DNA of 64,000 nt, taken from assembly GCA_002269645.1 (NCBI GenBank), contig NIVC01000364.1, positions 587,471-651,470 on the forward strand, given 5' to 3'. The stretch is from Macrostomum lignano (lineage: Eukaryota). The translations under genes and the position numbers were made by a program. Positions 25,690 through 38,108 of the stretch are shown one piece after another. A model generated the notes under the pieces. It was given only the letters and a program-made list of their open reading frames with translations. It made no database searches and was not told the DNA's origin. The first letter of the stretch is position 1, and each line of letters opens with the position of its first letter.

Positions 25690-27492
25690 TCTCTCCATGA
25701 TCAGTCTCCCCCTTCTCCTGAGTCTCTCCAGATCAATCTCACCCTTCTCCTGAGTCTCTCCAGATCAATCTCACCCTTCTCCTGAGTCTCTCCATGATCA
25801 ATCTCACCCTTCTCCTGAGTCTCTCCAGATCAATCTCGCCCTTCTCCTGAGTCTCTCCAGATCAATCTCACCCTTCTCCTGAGTCTCTCCAGATCAATCT
25901 CACCCTTCTCCTGAGTCTCTCCATGATCAATCTCACCCTTCTCCTGAGTCTCTCCAGATCAATCTCACCCTTCTCCTGAGCCTCTCCAGATCAATCTCAC
26001 CCTTCTCCTGAGTCTCTCCATGATCAATCTCACCCTTCTCCTGAGTCTCTCCAGATCAATCTCACCCTTCTCCTGAGTCTCTCCAGATCAATCTCAACCT
26101 TCTCCTGAGTCTCTCCATGATCAATCTCACCCTTCTCCTGAGTCTCTCCATGATCAATCTCACCCTTCTCCTGAGTCTCTCCATGATCAATCTCCCCCTT
26201 CTCCTGAGTCTCTCCAGATCAATCTCACCCTTCTCCTGAGTCTCTCCATGATCAATCTCACCCTTCTCCTGAGTCTCTCCATGATCAATCTCACCCTTCT
26301 CCTGAGTCTCTCCAGATCAATCTCCCCCTTCTCCTGAGTATCTCCATGATCAACTCGCCCTTCTCCCGAGCCTCTCCATGATCAATCTCGCCCTTCTCCC
26401 AAGTCTCTCCATGATCAATCTCGCCCTTCTCCCGAGTATCTCCATGATCAATCTCGCCCTTCTCCCAAGTCTCTCCATGATCAATCTCGCCCTTCTCTCG
26501 AGTATCTCCATGATCAATCTCGCCCTTCTCCCGAGTATCTCCATGATCAATCTCGCCCTTCTCCCAAGTCTCTCCATGATCAATCTCGCCCTTCTCCCGA
26601 GTATCTCCATGATCAATCTCGCCCTTCTCCCAAGTCTCTCCATGATCAATCTCGCCCTTCTCCCGAGTATCTCCATGATCAATCTCACCCTTCTCCCGAG
26701 TATCTCCATGATCAATCTTGCCCTTCTCCCAAGTCTCTCCATGATCAATCTCGCCCTTCTCCCGAGTCTCTCCATGATCAATCTCGCCCTTCTCCCGAGT
26801 CTCTCCATGATCAATCTCGCCCTTCTCCCGAGTATCTCCATGATCAATCTCGCCCTTCTCCCGAGTATCTCCATGATCAATCTCGCCCTTCTCCCGAGTA
26901 TCTCCATGATCAATCTCGCCCTTCTCCCGAGTCTCTCCATGATCAATCTCGCCATGATCAATCTCGCCCTTCTCCCGAGTCTCTCCATGATCAATCTCGC
27001 CATGATCAATCTCGCCCTTCTCCCGAGTCTCTCCATGATCAATCTCGCCATGATCAATCTCGCCCTTCTCCCGAGTATCTCCATGATCAATCTCGCCCTT
27101 CTCCCGGGTATCTCCATGATCAATCTCGCCCTTCTCCCAAGTCTCTCCAATCTCACCCTTAGGCCCTCAGCCCTAAATCTCTCCAGATCAGTCTCACCCT
27201 CAGACCTCCCCTAAATCTCTCCAGATCAGTCTCACCCTCAGACCTCCCCTAAATCTCTCCAGATCAATCTCACCCTCAGACCTCCCCTAATCTCTCCAGA
27301 TCAGTCTCACCCTCAGACCTCCCCTAAATCTCTCCAGATCAATCTCACCCTCAGACCTCCCCTAAATCTCTCCAGATCAGTCTCACCCTCAGACCTCCCC
27401 TAAATCTCTCCAGATCAATCTCACCCTCAGACCTCCCCTAAATCTCTCCAGATCAGTCTCACCCTCAGACCTCCCCTAAATCTCTCCAGATC
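25690..27492. repeat. Compound pyrimidine-rich minisatellite in three successive sub-arrays (about 31-33-bp units; core CTCTCCA(T)GATCAATCTC)
   Basis: Sub-arrays switch at about 26345 and 27150. Confidence 0.95.
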
Positions 27493-28214
27493 GTAAACAC
27501 TGAGTCGGTGGATCACGTGATTATTATTGTTGACTCAATATTGCAATTCACCTGAATCACCCCCATGGTTATGGGATCATTTTTTGCAAAACTCAAACAA
27601 AAGAAACTCGGCATGATTCCCAAATGTCGCCGCAGTCTTGGATACCGCGTGGGTCGCACAGCAGGACCGGATGATGATAAAGTGCAAATTGCAGGCCAAG
27701 CTCTTGGAGGCTACCAACTATCTAATAGAGTCTGAGATATGGTGCTCTCTGGGCCGTGAAAATGGGAAATATTCTTGTTGGCATGCGGAGCGCACAAAAT
27801 GGGGAGTTGAAAGACCCGGATACTCCCCAGTGTCCTGTGACTTCTTCCTCAGATCTACAGGAGATAATTGCTCACAGATGTTGACCCCTTCAATCTGCAA
27901 TTTAATACTCAAAGTTGATGAGGCGAGGGGTCATTATAAAGCAGAGGAAAGTGAGACTCCTTGATCCTGAGCACCCAAACAAGTATTAAATATTGCCGGT
28001 CAGTATCCAAGTCTTTTTGAGTCCAATATAATCGACCTGTCCATCAAAGGTCGCAGCGGGATTTCGCAACCTAAACAGGACCGAGAAGCCAGGCGAGCTG
28101 GGAGTCTTTATTCGGTGCACCGGGGGTTTGTGCAGCCTGCAGCTTGCCGGCAACAGGCGAGGGGCTCGCTGAGACTCATCGACCGAAAGGGAGGCCTGGA
28201 GGAAGAGATGAGAA

Positions 28215-29545
28215 AGAGGGGTAGAGAGCGATAAGAGAGAGGGGTATGAGAGCGATAAGAGAGAGAAGTAGAGAGCGATAAGAGAGAGGGGTAGAGAGCG
28301 ATAAGAGAGAGGGATAGAGAGCGATAAGAGAGAGGGGTATGAGAGCGATAAGAGAGAGGGGTAGAGAGCGATAAGAGAGAGGGGTATGAGAGCGATAAGC
28401 GAGAGGGATAGAGAGCGATAAGAGAGAGGGGTAGAGAGCGATAAGAGAGAGTGGTAGAGAGCGATAAGAGAGAGGGGTAGAGAGCGATAAGAGAGAGGGG
28501 TAGAGAGCGATAAGAGAGAGGGGTAGAGAGCAATAAGAGAGAGAGGGGTATGAGAGCGATAAGCGAGAGGGATAGAGAGCGATAAGAGAGAGGGGTAGAG
28601 AGCGATAAGAGAGAGGGGTAGAGAGCGATAAGAGAGAGGGGGTAGAGAGCGATAAGAGAGAAGGGTAGAGAGCGATAAGAGAGAAGTAGAGAGCGATAAG
28701 AGAGAGGGGTATGAGAGCGATAAGAGAGAGGGGTAGAGAGCGATAAGAGAGAGGGGTAGAGAACGATAAGAGAGAGGGGTAGAGAGCGATAAGAGAGAGG
28801 GGTAGAGAGCGATAAGAGAGAGGGGTAGAGAGCGATAAGAGAGAGGGTAGAGAGCGATAAGAGAGAGGGGTAGAGAGCGATAAGAGAGAGGGGTAGAGAG
28901 CGATAAGAGAGAGGGGTAGAGAGCGATAAGAGAGAGGGGTAGAGAGCGATAAGAGAGAGGGATAGAGAGCGATAAGAGAGAGGGGTAGAGAGCGATAAGA
29001 GAGAGGGGTAGAGAGCAATAAGAGAGAGAGGGGTATGAGAGCGATAAGCGAGAGGGATAGAGAGCGATAAGAGAGAGGGGTAGAGAGCGATAAGAGAGAG
29101 GGGTAGAGAGCGATAAGAGAGAGTGGTAGAGAGCGATAAGAGAGAGGGATAGAGAGCGATAAGAGAGAGGGGTAGAGAGCAATAAGAGAGAGAGGGGTAT
29201 GAGAGCGATAAGCGAGAGGGATAGAGAGCGATAAGAGAGAGGGGTAGAGAGCGATAAGAGAGAGGGGTAGAGAGCGATAAGAGAGAGGGGTAGAGAGCAA
29301 TAAGAGAGAGAGGGATAGAGAGCGATAAGCGAGAGGGATAGAGAGCGATAAGAGAGAGGGGTAGAGAGCGATAAGAGAGAGTGGTAGAGAGCGATAAGAG
29401 AGAGGGGTAGAGAGCGATAAGAGAGAGGAGTAGAGAGCAATAAGAGAGAGAGAGGGATAGAGAGCGATAAGCGAGAGGGATAGAGAGCGATAAGAGAGAG
29501 GGGTAGAGAGCGATAAGAGAGAGGGGTAGAGAGCGATAAGAGTCA
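28215..29545. repeat. Purine-rich minisatellite, about 23-bp unit GAGAGCGATAAGAGAGAGGGGTA
   Basis: Direct tandem repeat. Confidence 0.95.
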
Positions 29546-30317
29546 AGAGAGAGGGGTACAGACAGGGTACAGCGCGTCTCATACTAAAGAACTATAGCCC
29601 GCAATATCATGCAGAAACAGGATAATGTCAAAGGAGACTTAAAAACCAGAGCAGCAAAAGGGAATTAATTTGCAGAGTAGAGTTCTTGCTCAGTTTATAT
29701 AATACTATTCAAAGTTGGACAATCAAATTCTAGGACATGGCATGAAAATCTTCCGTGAGCTCCTATATATGAACACAACGGTGTATAATATTATAGTTGT
29801 CACACCTGCTCCGCATGCAAGTATCAGCATTCATATTGGGCCAAACAAACAGTAGGCGACAATAGACTTCGCTTTCTGCACCAATTATACTAATTATAGA
29901 ATTGAATATTAAACATAACACCTATACATGTACGCTCGTATTAGTTCCATTGTTAATTGTTTGATTGCATAATTCGTCAATGCTGAACATTCATAGAATA
30001 CGAGCGTACTTGTATAGGAGATTCATTATGCATAAATTGTCGTGTTTAGATTACTGTAAAACTATAATTACTATTGTTCCTCTTTTGACAATTGATCTGA
30101 TGCAGCACAGGTGTTGATTGGATGAAGGTTTTGGCTGGTATAAAATAATTCAGCATTTATATGTATACAACTGCAAGCTGTGGTCACCTCAAATTTTTCA
30201 TGGCGTGAATTTGCTCAGCATGTTTCTGAACTAATTTAGAGCATTGTTTGTTTTTATATATTGTTAAACTTTACTATTATGTGCTTTGCTGTTTTGGGGG
30301 GTTGAGGTACGCTGCTT

Positions 30318-30880
30318 TGAGGGCGCCGTTCTGGAGGTGCAGTTCTGAGGTTTTGGGGGCTTCGTTTTGGGGCGCCGTTTTGGAGGCGCCATTTTTGGGG
30401 CGCCTTTTTTGAGGCGCCGTTTTGGAGGCGCCGTTTTGGTGGCGCCATTTTGGAGTCGCCGTCTTGGAGGCGCTGTTCTGGGGCGCCGATTTGGAGGCGC
30501 TGTTCTGGGGCGCCGTTTTGGAGGCGCCGTTTTGGAAGTGCCGTTCTAGCGGCGCCGTTTTAGAGTCGTCGTTTTGGGGGCGCCGTTTTAGAGTCGTCGT
30601 TTTGGGGGCGCCGTTTTAGAGGCACCGTTTTGGGGGCGCCGTTCGGAGACGCCATTTTTAAGGCGCCGTTTTGGAGGCGTAGTTTTTTGGGCCGTTTTGG
30701 AGGCGTAGTTTTTTGGGCTCCGTTTTGGAGGCGCCGTTCTGGGACGCCGTTTTGGAGGCGCCATTTTTGGGGCGCCTTTTTTGAGGCGCCGTTTTGGAGG
30801 CGTCGTTTTTTGGGGCGCCTTTTTTGAGGCGCCGTTTTGGAGGCGCCGTTTTGGTGGCGCTGCTCTGCGGGCGCTGTTCT
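30318..30880. repeat. Degenerate GC-rich minisatellite, GGCGCCGTTTT(GGA/GG)-like
   Basis: Direct tandem repeat. Confidence 0.9.
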
Positions 30881-31369
30881 GTTTGGGGTTACTTTGTGGA
30901 ATCGAACCTGGGACTTTAATCGGTGGCGCGAGAATTGTTCTGTTAATCAGTTCCTCGCTCTTTCATTTTGTATCCAAGCAGAACGCAGCATCTTTTTGAG
31001 CAAGTTAAGATGAAGCCCCAATAGGAAGGCGGGATATGTGTAACATGCACTTTGAACTTTTGCTTCAACCGAAAGTTGAAACCTTAAAGGTTCTTTACAA
31101 ACTATATTTAGTACACATTATACTGATTGTAAGCACGCGCTAATGGTTCATCATCTTGAGCTTTTTTGATCATTCTGCCATATTTTTTAGTTCTTTTTTC
31201 TCAATCCTCCTCTGAGAATCGAGTACTCATTTCTCATGGGAATTTCTTAGAAAGTCTTCACAGACAGAGGGCTGCTTGGGTGGAGCAGAACCTGCTGAGG
31301 GGAGCAGACAGAGGCTGGCTGCCCTGCCAGCCAACCAGACTAGCCCTGCTCCCTCAGCCAAGGCTCCTC

Positions 31370-31718
31370 ATTGGCTGAGCTCTGAGCGATGGAGCCTCAC
31401 AGCCGCCCCTAACACCTTTCCTCACAGAAGGAACAGCGCCCACTGGTCCGCACCGCGACCCCCGCTCCTCCCCGCCTCTCGCCTCCTCTTGTGCCTACAC
31501 AAAATCCCCACTTAATCCTCTCCTCGCTTCTTCGACAGGAAGACAGGAAAACACAAATCATTTTTATCTGGCATTTCTCCTCGGCCAACTCTGCCGCAGT
31601 CCGTCAGTCCAGCCTTCAGCTCCCCATCAGTCTAATTCATTATCCTCCGATCCGCCTTACCTGAGCTGCTCGCATCCCCTGTTTATCAGCTCGGACTCCG
31701 CCTGCCGCACACGCCAAG
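31370..31718 (+). other. Candidate non-coding first exon of Otx copy A (5' end uncertain)
   Basis: Consensus donor AAG|GTAAGC at 31719. Acceptor ctttctacAG at 33083-33084 lies 3 nt before the Otx ATG. ATTGG box near 31370. Confidence 0.35.
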
Positions 31719-32910
31719 GTAAGCCTGCTAATCCTCAGGGCTCGCCGCAGTAGCTGTTTAGAAATTTTCCCCTTCACAATGCGAGGATAATCCGGCCTGC
31801 AAGCTGGATTATAATCCCCCCGCTGGCACCCACCCCCCCCCGAATCAGCTGAGCTGCAAATGAGGAAGCAGATTTCTTCCTCAGATATGCCCGTCCGTAC
31901 CTCTCTGCTGTGCTCAGAGACAATAAGGATAAATTATTATCGCTAGGCTTGGTTAGGTGAAGATTTCTCAATCCGACTAGAGACTGGTCTTAGCTGCTCA
32001 CAATTCATGAGCTGTTGTAGTTGTGTGCTCAATAAGGGTCTGAGGGGGGACACGGGGATTTGTGACCGATTAGGGGCCAGAAGATTAGCACTGCTTGAGC
32101 CCCAGCTCAAAGGCCTTCAGGATTGGGGTGGGTAGGTGAGGAGTAAGCCAAGGCCCTGCATGGGTTTTATATAAATATCCGAAGAAGCTGGGGATGCAGG
32201 GAGAGATGGAGCTATAGTTGCTCAGCATTCAGAACAGAGGCGAGTCTTGCTCCAAGTCTATGTTAAACGGCTGCGATAAAATGATAGCCAGATTCAACAG
32301 TCGGTGAGTCCTCGTGAGCACAGCTGCATTAAGACATTGCAATCTCTTTTACAAGCGTAGGTATCAGAGTTAGGAAATTTCAGAAACTTTCGAAATTTCT
32401 CGTCTCCCCAGAAAGTTTCCATGCCCAGCGCCTCTCGCCATGCAGGTTTTTCATCTTTAGCAACTCGACTGATACTCGATAGCCAGCAACTCCCAGAGGG
32501 AAGTCTCATTCCCCCCCAGCTCATGCCTCGGGTCTCGAGCTCGATGGGGAATTGTCGGCATATAACAGCAGCTAAAATGCATGGTGTATGGGCGAAAATG
32601 GCGATGGGCGAGGAGGCGGCGAGCTCTGGAACCGGGCAAGCAGGGGGAAACGACAAGGGCGAGGGCGAGGCAAAGGCGAGGCTTGGGGAGACAGACAAGG
32701 CACGCATTTTTCATCAACTTGTATCGGGAGACGGGGTGAATTATTTGGGTAGGAGAAAGGGGATTAAGAGGAGCCGGGAGGGGATTAGCAAGCATGCAGG
32801 ATTGGGATCTTCTTTAGCAGAGGAGAAGGGCGAAGCCATGCCATTTTCTTTCTTCGAAGCAGTTTGCTCAAATGAATCGGAAGTTGCTATACTGAGCATT
32901 AACAACGGCT

Positions 32911-33052
32911 TAGCAACAGCATAGCAACAGCATAGTTACAGCATAGTTACAGCATAGCAACAGCATAGCAACAGCATAGCAACAGCATAGCAGCAGCATA
33001 GCAGCAGCATAGCAACAGCATAGTAACAGCATAGCAACAGCATAGCGACAGC
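32911..33052. repeat. 11-bp tandem repeat TAGCAACAGCA, about 13 copies, just upstream of the Otx A start
   Basis: Direct tandem repeat. Confidence 0.9.
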
Positions 33053-33087
33053 AAATCATTCGTGCTCCCTAAACCTTTCTACAGGAA

Positions 33088-33457
33088 ATGGACTGGAACA
33101 CAGCCTACCAGACTCAGACTCATCAGCAGCAGGCTCAGCTTCATCATCACCACCACCAGCACCATCATAGTTTGGTTGGCCAGACTCAGTTTAGCTACCC
33201 GATGCCCGACATGTCGAGCAGCGTCGGAGGCGGCATGTTCGGCTGCGGCAACGACAGCGACTTGACTGTCGGTCTCGGCGGCGGCTCAGCTATCGGCGGA
33301 TTTTCCACCGGAGCCACCTGCGGCTCTGGCGGCAGCGCCGGCGGCGGCGGTAGAGGCGACGGAATGCCTCTGCAGACAGCGGCGGCGGCGGCGGCGGCGG
33401 CGGCCCAAGCGCATCACGAGATGCTGCAGCACCATCCGGCACTGTCTGCCTATGCAA
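33088..33457 (+). CDS. otx: Otx/orthodenticle homeobox gene copy A, coding exon 1
   Basis: Starts ATG GAC TGG (MDW). Ends HHEMLQHHPALSAYA, matching exon 1 of copy B. Phase-1 donor GTGAGT at 33458; A|CC gives Thr in frame with exon 2. Spliced protein is 437 aa. Confidence 0.85.
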
Positions 33458-33526
33458 GTGAGTTTGAAACAAGGGAAATAGGAGCCTAATAATATAGATT
33501 CGAGAGTTTTGGCGGTTGGTGCGGCC

Positions 33527-34330
33527 AGTTGAAGGAGCGGAGGTAGAGGCTTGAGCAGCTCACTGAAGGAGCGGGGGTAGAGGCTTGAGCAGCTCACTGA
33601 AGGAGCGGGGGTAGAGGCTTGAGCAGCTCACTGAAGGAGCGGGGGTAGAGGCTTGAGCAGCTCACTGAAGGAGCGGGGGTAGAGGCTTGAGCAGCTCACT
33701 GAAGAAGCGGGGGTAGCGGATTGAGCAGCTCACTGAAGGAGCGGGGGTAGCGGATTGAGCAGCTCACTGAAGGAGCGGAGGTAGCAGATTGAGCAGCTCA
33801 CTGAAGAAGCGGGGGGTAGCGGATTGAGCAGCTCACTGAAGGAGCGGGGGTAGCGGATTGAGCAGCTCACTGAAGGAGCGGAGGTAGCGGATTGAGCAGC
33901 TCACTGAAGGAGCGGGGGTAGCGGATTGAGCAGCTCACTGAAGGAGCGGAGGTAGCAGATTGAGCAGCTCACTGAAGAAGCGGGGGGTAGCGGATTGAGC
34001 AGCTCACTGAAGGAGCGGGGGTAGCGGATTGAGCAGCTCACTGAAGGAGCGGGGGTAGAGGCTTGAGCAGCTCACTGAAGGAGCGGGGGGTAGCGGATTG
34101 AGCAGCTCACTGAAGGAGCGGGTGTGGCGGATTGAGCAGCTCACTGAAGAAGCGGGGGTAGCGGATTGAGCAGCTCACTGAAGGAGCGGGTGTGGCGGAT
34201 TGAGCAGCTCACTGAAGGAGCGGAGGTAGCGGATTGAGCAGCTCACTGAAGGAGCGGAGGTAGAGGATTGAGCAGCTCACTGAAGGAGCGGGGGTTTAAG
34301 CAGCTCACTGAAGAAGCGGAGGTAGAGGAT
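33527..34330. repeat. Minisatellite, about 34-bp unit TTGAGCAGCTCACTGAAGGAGCGGGGGTAGAGGC, in the Otx A intron
   Basis: Direct tandem repeat. Confidence 0.95.
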
Positions 34331-35166
34331 TCAGAGGCCTGTGAATTAGAAAACACTTCAAGAAGTCTCTAGTAAGTTTCCAGAACAGGTCAAGGTTGAG
34401 GCTGAATGTTGTCAACACACCTCGAAAGGAAAGCGATCACATCTTCTAACTGAAATAATTGCTTCGGGGCATTTATTTGCTGCTATTAACTTGATTACCT
34501 TACCGCCTCCGCCCTCAGCCATCTTTCTCGATACTCAGCTTGATTAAACCGAAAATCCAGTCCGTATCCCCTACTACCTGTAATCCCCCCACTCGATGCA
34601 ACTATTACTTTTTACTCACAGAAAATCCGCCTCGAGGCGGCTATAGGAGAAAATGAAAGATTTCGTCAACACAAAGAAATGCTCGCGGTCATTGAGCACA
34701 GGCGCTGGCTGCATCAGGCCGAATCCATCACTGACCACCTGAGTGCCGCGTTCAATGGAATGCTCAGATTCATGAGCATACTTGACTGCTCTATAGGGGG
34801 GGGGGGGAGGCCAATCCGACCTTTCAGAGCGCCCGACACGCGACCCCCCCCCAGCCTCTCGCGTGGATGCGAAAGAATTTTATTTGGCTACAAAGGGGCG
34901 CGCCTGTCTGTATAGAGAATAATCCCAGCGGATTGAAGGTCTGCTTTGAATGCTGCAGATTAAAACAAAACGGCGCGGCCCCCCACCCGCCGGGCTCGCC
35001 GAGCCGAGAGAATTCGAGAGGGGGCGGCTGCGGCTCCCCGCTGCTTGTTGGCCCACCTGGGGCAGCTGCTCAGACACGAAAGGCAGTGCGTGTAACACAA
35101 CTGAACTCAACCCATTAGCGCCATTTTCTCAAGCCCGAACGCAACCCCATCGGATTAACTTTGCAG

Positions 35167-36110
35167 CCCCTGTGCGCAAGCAGCGGCGCGAGAGGACCAC
35201 CTTCACCAGGGCGCAGCTGCAGATCCTGGAGGAGCTGTTCGGCAAGACCAAGTACCCGGACATCTTCATGCGCGAGGAGGTGGCGCTGCGGATCAACCTG
35301 CCGGAGTCGCGGGTGCAGGTCTGGTTCAAGAACCGCCGGGCCAAGCAGCGCCAGCAGCAGAAGCAGAAGGAGGCCGGCGAGAAGGCCGCCCACTGCGGCG
35401 TGTCGGCCGCCTCCGCCGGACAGCCGGTCGGACACGCCGGACACGCTGGACACGCCGGACATGCCGGACACGCCGGACACGCCGGACACGGAGCGAAGGC
35501 CGTCTCCGTCTCGGCTTCCGCCGCGCCGCTGGCCGGAGGCTCCGCACTCGCCGCCGCCACCGCTGCCGCTGCGGCCGCTGCCGCCAACATCGGCGGCGGA
35601 GGCGGCGGCGCCGGCATCGACATGACCGGCTGCCTCCACGACGCCGGCGGTGGCGCTGTCAAGTGCGAGGACGTCGACTCGAGCAGCCCGTCGCCCGCCA
35701 AGACGCTCAGCCTGCCCGGCTCGGCCGAGGCCTCCAAGCGCAGCCCCGCCGTCTCCGCCAACGGCCACGCCGCCGCCGCGGCTGCCGCTGCCGCGCACTT
35801 CCTCACCGACTCTACCGGACACTCCGGCGCCGCCGGCTGGGGCGCCTCGGCCGCCGGACGCCTCGCCGGACCCAACAGCCCGACTGACGGCGGCTCCGCC
35901 TACGCCACCTGCGTTCAGCAGCAGCACCGCAGCGCTGCCGCAGCCGCAGCCGCCGCGGCCGCTGCCGCTGCCTACCACAACCAGACCTACGGACAGTACA
36001 GCGCTACAGGCTACCCTCCGTATGACTACCTGCGACCTGCTGCCTACCCGCAGCAGCCGCCAGACTATGACTATCAGGGCTGGTCATCGCGCAAGCTGCA
36101 GCTGCTGTAG
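35167..36110 (+). CDS. otx: Otx homeobox gene copy A, coding exon 2 (homeodomain and C-terminus)
   Basis: Acceptor tttgcAG at 35165-35166. Encodes [57 protein letters not shown], a PRD-class K50 Otx-type homeodomain. C-terminus WSSRKLQLL resembles the Otx tail WKFQVL. Stop TAG. Confidence 0.95.
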
Positions 36111-36529
36111 CTCACTGACTTTAGCAGGAATATTCCATATATAGTCCGGCCTAAACAGTCTCTGTGTATTAATTAATAAGCTTATCTGGATTTGTATGCT
36201 GCATGCCTCCGCCACCGTTTTCTTACCGATCATTGAAATTCTGGCCCCAATGCAGAAGAAAAATGCTTGGCTGTTACATGTAAGCCTCTTCAGTCTCCCT
36301 ATATATTTGTTTTTGTAATTTCCTTCTCTGAATTTTGCATAGTATTGCAACTTTTCTCACTAAAATGTAGCGTATAAAAATTGAAGAATAGCTTACCGCC
36401 TGTGTTCGTGCTCTGATCCTTAGTCTGCCGCAAATATATTTGCTCGTCTGTTAACAATATTTAATGTGCTTTTTGTCGCTTCGTTTCAGTTTGCTGCGTT
36501 GCTTGGATTGATTGGCATACTGGCTGTTG

Positions 36530-37440
36530 GAGGTTGTTTGAGGCTGTTTGAGAGCTGTTTGAGGTTGTTTGGGGCTGTTTGAGAGCTTTTTGAGGTTGTT
36601 TGGGGCTGTTTGAGAGCTGTTTGTGGTTGTTTGAGGCTGTTTGAGAGCTGTTTGAGGTTGTTTGGGGCTGTTTGAGAGCTGTTTGAGGTTGTTTGGGGCT
36701 GTTTGAGAGCTGTTTGTGGCTGTTTGAGAGCTGTTTGAGGTTGTTTGGGGCTGTTTAAGAGCTGTTTGAGGTTGTTTGGGGCTGTTTGAGAGCTGTTTGA
36801 GGTTGTTTGGGGCTGTTTGAGAGCTGTTTGAGGTTGTTTGGGGCTGTTTGAGAGCTGTTTGAGGTTGTTTGGGGCTGTTTGAGAGCTGTTTGAGGTTGTT
36901 TGGGGCTGTTTGAGAGCTGTTTGAGGTTTTTGAGAGCTGTTTGAGGTTGTTTGGGGTTGTTTGGGGCTGTTTTAGAGCGTTTGAGGTTGTTTGGGGCTGT
37001 TTGAGAGCTGTTTGAGGTTGTTTGGGGCTGTTTGAGAGCTGTTTGAGGTTTTTGAGAGCTGTTTGAGGTTGTTTGGGGTTGTTTGGGGCTGTTTTAGAGC
37101 TGTTTGAGGTTGTTTGGGGCTGTTTGAGAGCTGTTTGGGGTTGTTTGGGGCTGTTTTAGAGCTGTTTGAGGTTGTTTGGGGGGGGCTGTTTACAGGGGTT
37201 GTTTGGGGGGTTGTTGGAGGTCTGTTTGTGGGTTTGTTTGAGAGTCTTTTGGAGGCTGTTTGGGGGCCTGTTTGGGGCCTGTTTGGGGGCCGTTTGGGGG
37301 TCTTTCTGGGGGCTGTTTGGGGGCTGTTTGGGGGCTGTTGGGGGGCTGTTTGTGGGCTGTTTTAGGGCTGTTTGGGGTTCTGTTTAGGGGCTGTTTGTGG
37401 GCTGTTTGAGGGCTGTTTGGGGGCTGTTTGGGGCGCTGTT
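36530..37440. repeat. Minisatellite, about 31-bp unit GAGGTTGTTTGGGGCTGTTTGAGAGCTGTTT, degenerating to GGGGCTGTTT; in the spacer between the Otx genes
   Basis: Direct tandem repeat. Confidence 0.93.
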
Positions 37441-38108
37441 CTAAGACTAGAATTTTTCTGACGCTATACTTTTAACAAAAAAACGAACTACAACTGAAAT
37501 GCATCCGTCTTATATAGTTATTCTTAAACATACAGTATTAGTTTTCATTGCTCAATATATATTTCAAATAGATATATATGTATATATACTTGCATTTCGC
37601 ACTTATAAAAATCAGTTTTATTGTTAACCAGTTGCCTAGATTCTGTCTTTATGCAGAATGATTTAAATTTAGAGACGCCACAAAGCGGTGCATAGCTACA
37701 GGCCTTTACTAAACATTGACAGTTCTGGACAATCTGCAGAGACAGATGCTTAAAAACATGTTTAAATTTCTAATTTTAACAAACAGAGAGACCAGAGTGA
37801 CAGGTGTGAGTAAAGTAAGTAATATCGCAGAAATTCGTGCCAGAAGCTATAATAATTACTGTCTACAAGGAGAGCATTTAAACAAAATTTAAACAATAAT
37901 AACTACACTTATTTAGAACGCATTCCTATGGCTGTACATATTGCTCATCGCTAGGGGACTCGTACGCATAAGGAAAATATATAGAAAAGCTTAATAGTGA
38001 AATCCCGGATGAAAACCCGACACAAAAACGGTTTGCACTTTGACGCAAAGTCCCAACAATGACCGAACAATAAATCATTAATCCGATATCAATCATGTGT
38101 CAAAGAGT

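Noticed and set aside
20968-29582. Long Ser/Leu/Pro-rich ORFs (up to 669 aa)
   Set aside because: Translations of pyrimidine- or purine-only minisatellites, open in several frames at once.
34950-35166. N-terminal 72 aa of the 386-aa ORF in the track
   Set aside because: Intronic; the acceptor at 35166 and the matching structure of copy B define the exon start.
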